Part shown: one piece after another, positions 30,301 to 43,300 of the stretch
How positions within the stretch are numbered: position 1 is the first letter of the stretch
Layout: each line of letters opens with the position of its first letter
Origin: Marsupella aquatica
Taxonomy: Eukaryota; Plantae; Marchantiophyta
DNA length: 64,000 nt
Assembly (NCBI GenBank): GCA_973895155.1
Contig: OZ316895.1
Location: 16,658,170 to 16,722,169 of the forward strand
Direction of reading: 5' to 3'
Program-made: the position numbers and the translations under genes
Notes under the pieces: generated by a model
Seen by the model: only the letters and a program-made list of their open reading frames with translations
The model's database searches: none
What the model was told of the DNA's origin: nothing

Positions 30301-32843
30301 ACAAACCTTTGTGGTCTGAAAGTAGGTCGAGGATTACGGTCTGATTCATCTTAGTTTGAAATATTGTCCATATAAACCTAACATACAAATGGACATCTGG
30401 TATGTTCGTCAGGGAACCCAAGCTGCGACCCAGTGCAGCCGAGCTCTTGAAGGTACGAACTGATTCTTTTGTTGTCCTTCTCATACAATGACATCACCTT
30501 TGCTCAAGCTATTTTGATTTAGAATCAACTCACCAACACCGTGTGTCCCTTTGCACCACAGCACCCATTTGTGACTGAGCGCATCCCAGATGGACCTGAT
30601 GGCAACAGAACCGTACAGCAATCCTCCGCAGATCGAAACTCGGTAGGCATGTTACACATTTGCCAAGTCAGTCCTTTCTTTGAGTTTGAACATTCTGAGT
30701 TTATCCTAACAATTGCGTCGCTGGTAGGTACGAGGGAGTGATTTGGCTTCAACCGTCGGCAAGAGTAATTGCAACACCTTGTGAGTTGTCTTCCCTGTTG
30801 GACTTAGAAGCATGGGATCTTCCTCGTCTCAGCCTTGCATGATTTCTTTCGCGTATTTATCTTTTCTAGATGTTGCGTTTATAAAGATTCGTATCGTTAG
30901 GACATCTGCGACTTGGTAGACGAACTAAAAATAAGTTGTCATTTTACTTCTTGCAGGCGTAATCCGTCCTTCAAGGCTGGCCAATTCTCTTGGGCACGGA
31001 GGGGGCCATTGACCATGAACGGAAGTCCGAGCTTAAAGCCTTCGGGAGAACTTCAACCTCGAGATAATGGGCGACAAGACACGTCGTTCAGAGAGGACTC
31101 GAACTGCTCAGTTAGACTTGATTCGATTCGGAACGACAGCCTGGGCGGCCCAGTGGGACTTAATTCAGTTGTACATGATCATCAGAACTGTTCAGTTAGA
31201 CTTGATTCAGTTCGCAATGATTACGAGAACTGTTCAGTGAGACTTGATTCACCAAATTGTTCAGTGCGACTCGATTCTATTAGAAGTGACTATCCAAGAA
31301 CTTCATTGCGTTTCGATTCAGTGAGAAACGGTAACGCCAATTGTTCAGTTAGACTTGATTCTGTGAGAAGCGACTACCTGACGGGTGCCGGAATACCATC
31401 CTTGAGAGAGGTGCAAACGCCCCCCTTTTAAGTGCTCTGTAATGACTGGTTGGCATGTAGCTGGATAATCAGGACGTCATCTGCTGTTCCCATTCTTCAG
31501 TCTGCCCTACTAACTGAGACCCTTTTGTTAAACTGTTTCAAGCAGAGTTTTAATCCGATCTCTGAGCCGTCTTTCGAAAATGGAAACACTTGGGACGATG
31601 CCAGAAGGGGCCCGGACCTGACCCTCAGAGCGGGTGACAAAAGCAATACAGCTGGAGCTTTGGAGGACGAGAGAGGAGGCGAAAGCTTGCAAGACGATGA
31701 TGATGTCACAGAATCCAAAATAAGGGCCTTTTTGGATGAAAAGGTAGTGTACTTCAAAGATGATGTACTGTCACGCTTGCAAATGGGACGAATTAGATAG
31801 ATCGTGCCGTCGGCACTACTCACGTTTTCGCTTTCGGGTTAGTGGGTCTTCGCTTTTTGGGTTAGAGGGATTTAAGTGTCGGTTGAATGTTCGAAGACAG
31901 GGGTTAGCGTAAGGATAGTGGTAAGGGTTTAGGGTCGTCAATCAGGTGTGTAAGCTATCATAGTTTCTTGGGATTTGAATCTGAGCGTAGTACTCCTGAC
32001 CGTGCTGAATTTTACAGGCTCTGGAGCTAAAACGGTTACAAACCCCACTGTATGAGGAGCTTTATAATATTTGGAATACCGCAAACGAAAACGGGCCATC
32101 AGAAAGCTTTATTGCACCCTTGAGTCCTTCACCTGCCAAGCTTCAAGCAGCAATAAGCAGTCGATCACCAAGCAAAGCCAACAGTGTGAGTGGGCGCTCC
32201 GTGGGCATGCGGAGCAGTCGGGACAGTGAAATGAGCATAGGTTCTGGCAGCCCAGGTGGCGCTGGGTTTCCTAGTGGCAATTGCTCTCCTCTCCTTGAGA
32301 TCCCGTCACCAAAGCTGAATGAGTGGAAAGGACTCCTACATGATGCCCAAGCTCAACACATGCTCCCACCTCCAAGCCCCGGGTACGTCTATGCATCCCT
32401 TCCAAATCTTCCAAGGAGACACTGATGAACTAGACAATGCAAAGAATTTGTATGGTATGAATATGAACCGATGTCTAGCTCGACTAATTGTACGTTGCAT
32501 TGGGAATGTAGCCTGAATTCGGAACGCCAGAAATTGTGGAAAGAAGAACTGCAGCAAGAGCTCGAAATGAAGAGAGGTACAAGAGATTTCATTTGGATTT
32601 AGTCGATCATGGAAGTGTTTTCAATCTTTTTTTGAATCTGTTGTATTTGCCATATGTACATTAAAGATGTAGTCTGCAACTGACAGGTGTTCGTCTTGAA
32701 TGTGCTGTGTTTCAGAGGAAAAGAGGAAGCTCACACGAACCGCTAGCACTCTAATTAACACTACCCAATCGCCCAATAAAGACAAATCTCTGCAAAGATA
32801 TGGCAGCCGTCTTGTCAGCTCCACTCCTCCCACACCTAAGTAG
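27306..32843 (+). CDS. MAP kinase kinase kinase, NPK1/ANP-like, multi-exon
   Basis: Exons encode [87 protein letters not shown] and [17 protein letters not shown]. The regulatory tail has [35 protein letters not shown] and [20 protein letters not shown]; stop at 32841-32843. An additional upstream coding exon cannot be excluded. Confidence 0.95.
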
Positions 32844-33584
32844 CTTTTCATTTCACTCCTTCCACACCGAAGCAGCTGATGTTATTTATCATTTTGTGAT
32901 GGTGCTTGTACCTGAGCTACTGAGCGTCTCGGATATGATTATAGATAGACGCCTTACCAGTCTGACTCTTCTACTCAGTTTCCCCTGCGTCACTTGCTAC
33001 AGGCCAGTACTTTATACATCAGCCGTCCCATTGTTCCTTTTCGTTTCTCCTGAGTGGAAGGGGTACACGCTCATGAGAAGCTAAGTTAACACCTTAACAT
33101 TTATCCCATGGAATAATTACTGAATGTTGTGGTAAAGGACGTAAAAGAAGTCCCTTGTCTGCTGCGTGGTTTGTTGACTTCTTTCTTCGTTACACTTATG
33201 ACCTAGTTTGTGGTCCTTGTTGAAAGGCCATTGGCCAGTCGAACACATTTACCCGGAGTTGTGGAGACAGGACTGATTTGGTGTTTTGGGTTTAGTTTTG
33301 TTTTCTTAGTCTAATGGAATCCTCTTACTAATTTGAATAGAAAATCCCTAAACTACTCAATATTTCAATATTCAGGAATTGACCTGGAACCCCAATAGAC
33401 GACATTTCCTGAAATCTCATCTATATAAGAAATGCCAATGAAAACAAATGACTGTTTATGCACACTACAACATTGAATATTTGAAACTACCTTCATGAAG
33501 GCTGTATTAATTTGCAGTTGTTAGTTTGGTTGCTTAATTGGTTCCATCCTGCAAGGAAATGTGGGAGCAAATGGTGAACTTCTA

Positions 33585-34059
33585 CACTGATTACCGTAAT
33601 TAATCTCACACACAGTATTTGGGAACAAAGGTTTTTGAAAGCTGTCACTGTAGTTAATGTGTGTGAGACTATATAAGAAGTGAGACTAAATACATGTTAT
33701 TATAAATTAGAGTAAGTGAGATTATTTTTGGTGACACTCAAATAGTGTGTGATGAACACATTATGTATATAGCTTATGAAAAGTACAAATATTTCTAGTA
33801 GTAAGATATATTTGTGATGGCATATAAAATTAAAAATGAATGTCAATTGAAATTCAGATTTCATTAAAGTATGATGAAATGACAACCAGGTTATAAATAC
33901 AATCAAAATTAAATTAGAATGAATGACAATAGACTGAACTCTCTACTTGTACTAATATTTATATTTTTTCAGATTTGTAGTCACACCCTGATTAGTGTGT
34001 GTGATACTATTTATGCAGGGAGACTATATAAGTTATGATACTAATTACGGTAAACAGTG
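33585..34059. mobile_element. MITE with TA target duplication (Tc1/mariner-like ends)
   Basis: TA|CACTGATTACCGTAATTA ... TAATTACGGTAAACAGTG|TA is a 17/18 inverted match. The 475-bp interior is AT-rich and non-coding. Confidence 0.8.
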
Positions 34060-34339
34060 TAGATATTTGAGAAGAATGTGTAGTCTCAGTGGACTATTAC
34101 ATGACAGCTGTCATATATGGTGTTATTGTTGTATATCATATTGACATCTACAAGCCATATGAAATAGAGTACATCCTTATGTTAAATTTTCCACCATTGG
34201 AATAATTTCCCCACTTGAATATATTGCCATCAAGCTTTGCTTCTTGATCAAAAAAGAACTCAACCAGGGTTTCCTATTGTCTTTTGATACACTATTCTCA
34301 TTACAATAGAGAATTTGTTTTGTCAACCCGACACCTTTT

Positions 34340-34680
34340 GTTCTCACCTCTATTCATGTTCAAAGAATTCAAAGAATAGAACGGGTGGCACACCAGTAGT
34401 TGGGCTAGTGTAATTATCATGTTTATTTATGTGGCTCACCTGTTTTCATGTGCAATGAAGTTTAGAACGGGTAGCCCACCGGTAGTTGGGCTAGTGTAGT
34501 TATCAAGTCTATTTAGGAGGCTCACCTCTATTCATGTATTCATGTTGTTCAAAGAAGGGGTAGCCCACAGGAAGTTGGTCTAGTGTAGTTATCAAGTATT
34601 ATGTGGCTCTCACCCCTATTCATGTATTCATGTTCAAAGAAGGGGGGGTGGTTGGTCTAGTGTAGTTATCACATATTTAT
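34340..34680 (+). repeat. Four degenerate ~90-bp tandem units, each ending in ...ctagtgtaRttatca
   Basis: Units contain ctcacct..ttcatg...gggtagcccac...gttgg(g/t)ctagtgtagttatca near 34400, 34490, 34580 and 34660. Confidence 0.75.
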
Positions 34681-35375
34681 TTACATTCTGTCTAAGTGCA
34701 GGATCCGGGGATAACACCCCAAGCCTGCAGTTATCCACTTTATGCACTTCATCATAAGTGCATGTTGCACTTCTCCATATGTGTCTGTTACACTTTCCAA
34801 TAAGTGCCTATGAAATCACTAATGTACTTCCACAAATGTCTGGTCAGGTCATATACATAGACTTCTCATACCCAGAATATTCATAGTGCATGATTGAACT
34901 TAATAAGTGCACTTATCAATAAATGTTTCTAACATATGAGTTGCAGTCATTGATTAATGCATCTGTACTCTATCTGTACTCTTACAGACCTAAAATGCCC
35001 TTATGTATTTGTACTTTAGTGATGGACAACCTGCATTTTAAGAAGGGTGCATTTTTTGGTGCATTTACAAAAGAATTTGCTGTATTATTGAGGGATTACA
35101 CGACCACCCTGCAGTTACCCACAGAAGACCACCCTGCAACCCTGCAGTCACCCACGGAATGCACTTACACACGGTAGACTGTATGTGGCTAGTCTAGTTA
35201 TCACATGATGATGAGAATGTTGAAGTTGAGGAAACATCCGCTAAGGGCTGGCTAGATGGCTAGTCCCAACTTTGAATTGTCATCATGCATAAGTGAAGGG
35301 TTCATCGTTGATGAGTACAGTAGCTGCATTTCGGAACGCCACATTATGTTCCATTTGCATTATCTCTTCTTACTG

Positions 35376-36115
35376 TACTTTCTATGGACGAGCTCGTTCG
35401 GGAAGTTCGTCGCTAGCTCAGTATGAAGGAGATCTGCGAATGGGCTGCCTTAACAGTGCCTCGATCATTCTGTGCGACTACCCTACTTTCTATCGACGAG
35501 CTCGTAAGGGAAGTTCGTCGCTAGCTCAGTATGAACGAGATCTGCGAATGGGCTGCCTTAACACTGCCTCGATCATTCTGTGCGACTACCCGAGTAGGAC
35601 TATCCGCTGTGTATCGGGAGCACCGGAGCACCGGAGCAGCCATGAGCCTTGGGCCCCGGACGTGCAATCACTCCAGACTCAGCTGACCTCTTCCCAAGCT
35701 CGCAGCAACAGCGTGTTTGGAATCCCGTAACACACAAGAAGGTATTCAAAGCCAGTGCTGAACCGCACCACAAAGTCAGTGCTACACCACCTGCAACAAC
35801 CTCGACCCGAAGCACAAGTAGATACATCGTGCTCGTTCCGACTTCTCCCAAACGACTGTGTGGACTGTCATTGGTAGCAGCTAGCGACAGCATCATTTGC
35901 AACGACGACTCTCTTACGCCAGCGGACAGTCCTGCGAAGGGTAGTCTAGTCTCTCTACAGCTGTAGATGCAAGAGCTCTTCAGCATCATGCAGTCCTTAC
36001 TACTTTTCCTTACTACTTAATTGGACGCGACGGACAAACTTATCAACCTTCCCGACGAGCTCATAAGGGCAGTTCTTCACCTAAGTATTAAAGGGATCGT
36101 GCGAATGGGGCTGCC
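35376..36115 (+). pseudogene. F-box gene remnants, including a 2 x 108-bp tandem duplication
   Basis: 36021 onward reads LDATDKLINLPDELIRAVLHLSIKGIVRMG (F-box-like LPDEL motif). 35376-35483 and 35484-35591 are duplicated related fragments (DELVREVRR*LSM...LRMGCLN) with stops and frameshifts. Confidence 0.6.
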
Positions 36116-36272
36116 TTCACAGAATATAGAGTTCCGAAATGCAACAACTCATCTCTTCGTTATGAGTCGCTGCATTTCGGAACGCACATTCTGTTAAGAC
36201 AGTTAGTTCGTGGTGGCTCACGACAGCGGACAGTCCTACGAGGGTAGCCACGATACAGCTGCAGATGCAATA

Positions 36273-36787
36273 GAAGTATCTGTGGAGCAAGAGATGCAAT
36301 GTAGATTAATGGCTATGAAAGCTCCGCACTTCTGAGAGCGAGACGCAGCCATTCAGATTGCTATGAAGACTCAATTCTGAGCAAGAGGTGGAATGTACGT
36401 AGGTTGCTATATGTATTTTGCACGTCTGCAAAGGAGTGATTACAATTTGATTACAATTTGCAAGCGTTCGGTCGGATTCCACGAAAGCACACGTCATGGA
36501 GCTCAGTAGTGCCGAAGCCTGAATATTGAATAGAGATCGAATGTAGTACAATCGTAATGTTGAAAGAATGAGGAAATATAGCAGTGGGCTAGCTACATAA
36601 CCGATCGGCTTACTGAGCGGTACTGGGAGTTCAATTCGGCTCTAACGACCAACGGGAAGCTGGCCGGTAAGTAACGATTTGCTTGTCTGGCACCGTTCAG
36701 GGAAGCTCCTGAATGAATGTTACTTACGTACTTGCGTCTAGGATTTTCCACGTCTCTACTCTAGATTGTTGCACCATCGGCCGAGAA
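36273..36787 (+). repeat. ~510-bp dispersed direct repeat, copy A (degraded coding-like sequence)
   Basis: Aligns over its whole length with 39848-40353, e.g. gcaagcgttcggtcgga.tccacgaaagcacacg and tagctacataaccgatcggcttactgag. It abuts the MAPKKK pseudogene. Confidence 0.9.
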
Positions 36788-38880
36788 CAATCCTCCGCAG
36801 ATCGAAATTAACTCGGTAATCATGTTACTCATTCCAAGTCAGTCCTTGCTTTGAGTTTTGAACCTTCTGATCTTATGCTAATATTGCGTCAATGTGTACA
36901 GGTACGAGGGAGTGATTTGGCTTCAACTGTCCTCAAGAGTACTTGCAACACCTTGTGAGATGTCTTCCCTGTTGGACTTAGAAGCATGGGATCTTCCTCG
37001 TCTAAGCCTTCATGATTTCTTTCCCGTACATATCTTTTCTAGATTTTGCGTCTATAAAGATTCATATCTTTAGGACATCTGCGACTTGTTAAATATACTA
37101 GAAATTTATATGTCTGTCACGTACTTTTTGCAGGCGTAATCCGTCCTCCAAAGCTGGCTAATACTCTTGGGCAAGGACGGGGCCATTGATCATGACCATG
37201 AACTTACAGGATTCCGAGCACAATTAAAGCCTTCGGGACAACTTCAAAGCCGAGATAATGGGCGACAGGCAGCAACCACGTCGTTCAGAGAAGACTCGAA
37301 CGGCTCGCTTAGACTTGATTTCGATTCGTAACGACAGCCTGAGCGGCCCAGTGGGACTTGATTCAGTTGTACATGGCCATCAGAACTGTAAAGTTAGACA
37401 TATATTTCAGTTCGCAATGATTACGAGAACTGTTCAGTGAGACTTGATTCACCAAATGGTTCACTGCGACTCGATTCCATTAAAAGTCCGTGATTATTCG
37501 AGAAGTTCATTGCATTTCGATATATTCGGTGAGAAATGGTAACGCAATTGTTCAGTTAAACTTGATTCTGTGAGGAGCGACTACCTGATCGACGAGTGCC
37601 GGAATGCCATCCTTGAGAGAGGTGCAAACAATGCCACCCTTAAGTGCTGTGTAATGACTGGTTGGCATGTACGTAGCTGCATAATGAGACGTCATCTATT
37701 GTCCACATTATTTAAGTCGTGTCTACTTACTGCATGATCGAGACCCTTTTGTTAAACCGTTTCAAGCAGAGTTTTAATCCGATCTCTGAGCCGTCTTTCG
37801 AAAAGGGAAATACCTGGGACGATGCCAGAAGGGGCCTGAACCTGATCTTCAGAGCGGGTGACAAAAGCAATACAGCTGGAGCTTTGGAGGACGAGAGAGG
37901 AGGAGAAAGCTTTCTAGACGACGATGATGTCAGAGAGTCCAAATAAGGCCCTCTTGGATGAAAAGGTAGTGTACTGCAACGATGATGTATTGCCAGATTT
38001 TATAATGGGACGAATGAGATAGATCGTGCCATCAGCACTATTCTATCTGTTTGCGCTTTCTCAGGTTAGAGGGGTCTCATTTCAGTCCGAGGGATTTCAG
38101 TGTCGACTGACCGTTCCATGCGAGGGTTAGCGCGCGTGTGGAATGTGGTAAAGTAGGTAGATCGATGAGGTCTGAGGGTAGTTCTCCTGACCATGCTGAA
38201 CTGTTCAGTGGCCTCTAGAGTTAAAGCAGTTACAAACCCCACTGTATAAAGAGCTTTATAATACTAGACCGCAAACGAAAACGGGCCATCAGAAAGCTTT
38301 ATCGCACCCTTGAGTCACCTGCTAAACTTCAAGCAGCAATAGGCAGTCTTTCACCAACCAACAACAGCCATGCAAGAGTGTGAGTGGGCGCTGCGTGGGC
38401 ATGCGCGCGGAGCAGTCGGGACAGTGAAATGAGCATAGGTTCTGCAGCCCAGGTGGCCTTGGGTTAATTTCCTAGTGGCAATTGCTCCTTGAGATCCAGT
38501 CACCAAAGCTGAATGAGTGGAAAGGACTGTCGTCCATATGATGCTCAAGCGCAACACATGCTCCCACCTCCTGGCCCTGGGTACGTCTATCCATCCCTAT
38601 ATGATATCTTCCAAATCTCCCAAGGAGACACTGATCGATTAGACAACGCAAAGAGTTTCTATGCTACGATCATGGTTCCATAGCTAGCTCGACTAATTGC
38701 ACGTTGCATTGGGAATGTAGCTTCAACTCCGAACGCCAGAAATTGTGGAAAGAACTTCCGAGAGAGCTTGAAATGAAGAGATCGCGAGGTGCAAGAGATT
38801 TCATTTGTATTTTGTCGGTCATCGATCTTGAAAGTTTACATGCAAGTGTTTGCAATCGATCTTTGTTTCAATTGGGTATC
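36788..38880 (+). pseudogene. Unprocessed partial duplicate of the 3' (regulatory) half of the NPK1-like MAPKKK
   Basis: Colinear with about 30620-32650, including introns (caatcctccgcagatcgaaa..., [11 protein letters not shown]..., cgccagaaattgtggaaagaa). It has many frameshifts and no kinase domain. Confidence 0.95.
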
Positions 38881-39847
38881 GTGACATGACATCGATCAGG
38901 TGAGTGTGAAATCGATCCCAATCTTCATTGTCCATCTAAAATAGTACACAATAGTTCATGATCCATTAGAACTTAAACAGCAGAACAATAGGACAAGAGT
39001 GAACGATGAATCACTTTCAACTATTCACTTCTTGAACATTACATCATGATCATCATTGATCAACTACGTACATAGGATTTGTGATTACTTGTGCACATCT
39101 GCAACTGTTCAGAATTTTAGATTTAAATTTCCATTGCATTTTAGCCACACACCATTACAAGACTGGTGAACACTAAACATTGTCGGCATCAACTGTGGTG
39201 CGCAATGAAGGTTATCCTAGTGTCTGAACTTATTTACAAAGATTTGATCGACTAGGAGAATGTATTGCCATGGCTGGAAACAATTGATTTTTCTAGTCAA
39301 GTTTTTGTAAATCAAGTTCACCTGACATAACTGCCAAAAGATGTGAGCACGCTCGTTGCGTGTTAACTTTGCGTCTCAACTTTTCGTTTGTCAAAACATC
39401 TCTAGAGTCTCATACATCAGCAAATGGTCTTCAAGCTCTTATGAATTATCTCAGCGCGATTTTAAGAGATGCCGACCGTCGAAACATGTAATGGAGCTAG
39501 TGTTGTACAAAACCAAGCAGTCGTGAAGCTTTTAAGCCAGCATAGAACAAAGAGCTTTGGAACATATTAGCTAGACCAAAAATCTAGTCTTACTGGTGCA
39601 TGATAACCACATTACACTAGAGTTTTGCAGATATCAACCAGCTAGGGCTGAGGTGTGTCTTACTTATTCTACTTACTAATCATAATTAGAAGGGGACAAA
39701 CAATATGTAGTTGAGCTCGCAACGAACATAATGATCATCCAGCACTCTTCGAGTTTAGTGTGGTACTAGGCCAGACAGCTACATTAGTCAGTCCCGCCAG
39801 TGTATATGAAGTATTTAAACTTTCAAGTTTCTTGTAAGACAAATCAG

Positions 39848-40353
39848 GAAGTACCTGTTGAGCAAGAGATCATGCAATGTAGATTGGTATGAAGATTCCG
39901 CGCGCACTTCTGAGCAAGAGATGCAGCGATGCAGATTCCTACGAAGACTACACTTCTGAGCAGGAGATGGAACGTAGGTTGCTATGAAGATTTTGCACGT
40001 CTGAAAAGGAATGATTACAATTTGCCAATGCAAGCGTTCGGTCGGACTCCACGAAAGCACACGGCATGGAGCTCAGTAGTGCCCAAACCTGAAAATTGAA
40101 CAGAGGTCGAATAGAGTGCAAAACACAAAACTGAAAGAATGACCGAATATAGCAGTGGGATAGCTACATAACCGATCGGCTTACTGAGAGGTACTGGGAG
40201 TTCAGTTCGGCTCCACCGATCAACGGGAAGCTGGTCGGTCAGTAACGATTTACGTCTCGGGCACCGTTCAAGGGAAGCTCCCGAATGAACGTTACTGACT
40301 TGCCTCTAAGATCTTCCATGTCTCGACTAGATTGCTGCAACATCGGCCTAGAA
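39848..40353 (+). repeat. ~510-bp dispersed direct repeat, copy B
   Basis: Homologous to 36273-36787. Confidence 0.9.
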
Positions 40354-43300
40354 TATGAAGGAGTCGTGTCTTAATTGTACCGTCCAGTCACGAGCATATT
40401 AACCATTTTTAGTGGTCGAACGAAAACTACTACCAGCGAATGCACTCTGAAAGTGCGATTCAAACTGCATCCAAGTGTTGAAAATCAACAATGTGTTCTC
40501 ACTTCAAATCTATATTTCGCCCGACGCAAATCAGAGAGCACCTACCTTAATTACTAGCCCCCTCTGGAGTCTGAGCCCCCTGCACACGGTACGCTTGCCA
40601 ATCTTGTTTTTCCAAATATCCATGGAGGCCTCAAAATCTCTCCAAATCAACAGACTGACCGTAAGAATACCGTCAACTTTGCAGGAGATCGTCCATGCAG
40701 GAGACACCACAAGTCCAGGCGCCTTTCAAATTGATCGAAACGTAGAGGTAAAATACTTCGGAAGTCTAATTCTAACCCCGATTCTAACTGCTTCTCATAG
40801 ACTCACCACTTTAAGATCTTCGTTTGCCTTCCAAGTCGTCTTTAGTTTGCTCTTTGAATTTGCATCAGATTGCTAAGCTCAACATATGTGTTATCCTCTA
40901 CGTGGAGAAATCAACCCCCCTTATGCCAATCTTCTACAGGCCCAATAGGTTGAATCCCACAAGAAATTGTTACTAACACTAACTTTGTATATATATATTC
41001 AGCATACTACACTAAATGTGAATGATTCATTTATGAAAATCAGCTTAAACTATTTGTGGTAGGAAGAGATTGATCCCAAAAATGTTCCACGTCGTACTAA
41101 ACCATGAATATGGTCAAGTTTAAGTCACACCATTTTGAATATGGAAAGTGTTACTGAAAGCAGGAATTGTGGACAATAAATAACATGGACAAAGAATGCA
41201 TTACATCAAGCCAGCCCAAGTCAGCCACTACATTCACAAATTTTTTTACTATAATAAAATATTTAGTTGTCACAGGAATCATTGATTTTAGTATTATGGT
41301 AGTATGTTCCATACTTAGTGTTATTTGAGCTACTTAATGTCAACAATACTGCTTGAAAATTTTCTTATATCTATAAAGATCACTCCTTCAAGAGGCAATA
41401 CGTGTCTCCACCTATCAATTATTTATATTGAGAATAATTCCCCAAAGACAAAGAAGCCAGGATGTGTGCCATATATTGACAGATACCTTGGAGGGACAAT
41501 GCAACCCAGATGGACTGTGTTCAAACATTTCTTTGAACTTAAATAGTATCTTTCCTTTGTAAAACTAGTCAAACTTTTGGGACTAAAGTTGCTAGGCTCA
41601 TCTGAGTTCAGATTATACACATTGTGGTCCATCCAAGGATTCATTTCTGCACATCCTAATCTACTTCAAAATAACTCACAACAGAACAGATCTACACAAC
41701 CAACAGTCACTGACTTTCATTCCTCCCGGCATTCCTCTAACATGTAAAATATTGCAAAGGACAAAAGGGCTTATACCAGAGACATGATCCAAAGGGCAAG
41801 AAACCCAATAAAGGGGGCAAAACCACAGGAAAATTGGGAAAGAGCCCAAAAGCCCAAGGAAGAATCCCTAACAACAGCCAAAGAACTAGCAATAAGAGCC
41901 TTTCTAAAACCTGGTAATGTTTTGGAATAAACAGCATAAGAGGATCACAAAGAAAATTTTGACCAGAAACCCTAAAACCAATCACCTGGGCCCCATTGAA
42001 GGATAAGGAAAGCCCAACACCCCCTCTAGCGAGGGCAAGCAGTATGGAGTGATAAAGTAAGTCGTCACTTGGGAATCTCCCCAAAACAAAAAATTCCAGG
42101 AAAGAATGGAGATTCTTCGGACCAGGAATCATAAAGTGAGTTACAAGTGGACAGTAGTACTACTCTAGTGGTCTGTTTCCCAAGTAGGTCAGGATAGGAT
42201 TCCTCCTGAGGTGGGGCCCTATTTAGTGTCCATGATGATAACCATTTTTTTTATTGGACACGGGGTGGCCAGAATATCGCACTCATTGGGCCTAGGGAGT
42301 TCCAGGATGGATTCTGGGTCTTGTCTAATGGACCACCAGGCCAACTTGTAACTATGACTGTAGATCTCAAAGATAATTAACTAATGTGTTAAATGTTTCC
42401 TTTACCCATCTTCAACCACAGATTGTCCCAAAGTGTAGGTGTGGGAAAGGGCTGCTGTGTGTTCTCATGGACGTAGCGCTGACTAAGGTGAACTCCTATC
42501 TCTTGGTGTCAATGTGTGTATGCTTGCTGATTGTTTTCGTGGTTGTTTCGTGATGGTTTTCCCAATAGGATGTTATATCTGGTTAGTATAATCAAATTTA
42601 ACCCAACCCAGATACAATTTGATGGTTAGCCTGACAACTAAATTAAAACTGAAGGTAAATTAGTAATTTCTACCATTCTTTGTGATAGAATCGTGGAATA
42701 AAACCGTATTGATATATCTCAACCATGATGTGTTAAGACCTTTTTAGAGCCAATTCTCTCAAAATGAAGGACCACCGATTGGAACTGCAGAAGCAGGTTC
42801 TTGTCCTGTTCGCAGCGCTAAATAATGAGATGTGCACTTTTATTATTAGTAGACCCAACAGCCCAAGAAGATCCGCCCCTACAGATCGCGGCACATTGTC
42901 CTAGCCAATCGTAATCCAGCCCTTCAGCCACAATTGGCGTTTGGTTGTCGGGACTGCCAAACTGGCTGTCATCTCACAATAACTCTCACAATGACTCTCC
43001 TATCTTCACGGGCTCCTCCTTTCCGTTCAAGCCGGCAGCTGCTATGCCAAACCGACGACAACTGTGACCGTCTGTCATCTCAGCACAAGTGAGAAATGGA
43101 GTTAAGGAGGTAATACGGTAGTAGTAATTAGGGCGTCTCAGACCTATGAACACGCAAGTTAAGGGTAGTTGTTAACCCCGCAGGTAACGACTATCCCGTA
43201 ACTCAAATGGTATGCCCACAACGTGCTCGTTAACTTTTGGCCGCGGGAATAGTCCATTGCCCGTGGCCGTTTACGTGAATAGTAGAGTGTGGCCACGCCA

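Noticed and set aside
34340-34680. CRISPR-like periodic repeat
   Set aside because: Eukaryotic context, the intervening sequences are homologous rather than unique spacers, and there are no cas genes.
36273-40353. 510-bp direct repeats as LTRs of a retroelement carrying the kinase fragment
   Set aside because: No TG...CA ends, PBS, PPT or TSD seen. The repeat looks like degraded coding sequence, and the enclosed fragment keeps its introns.
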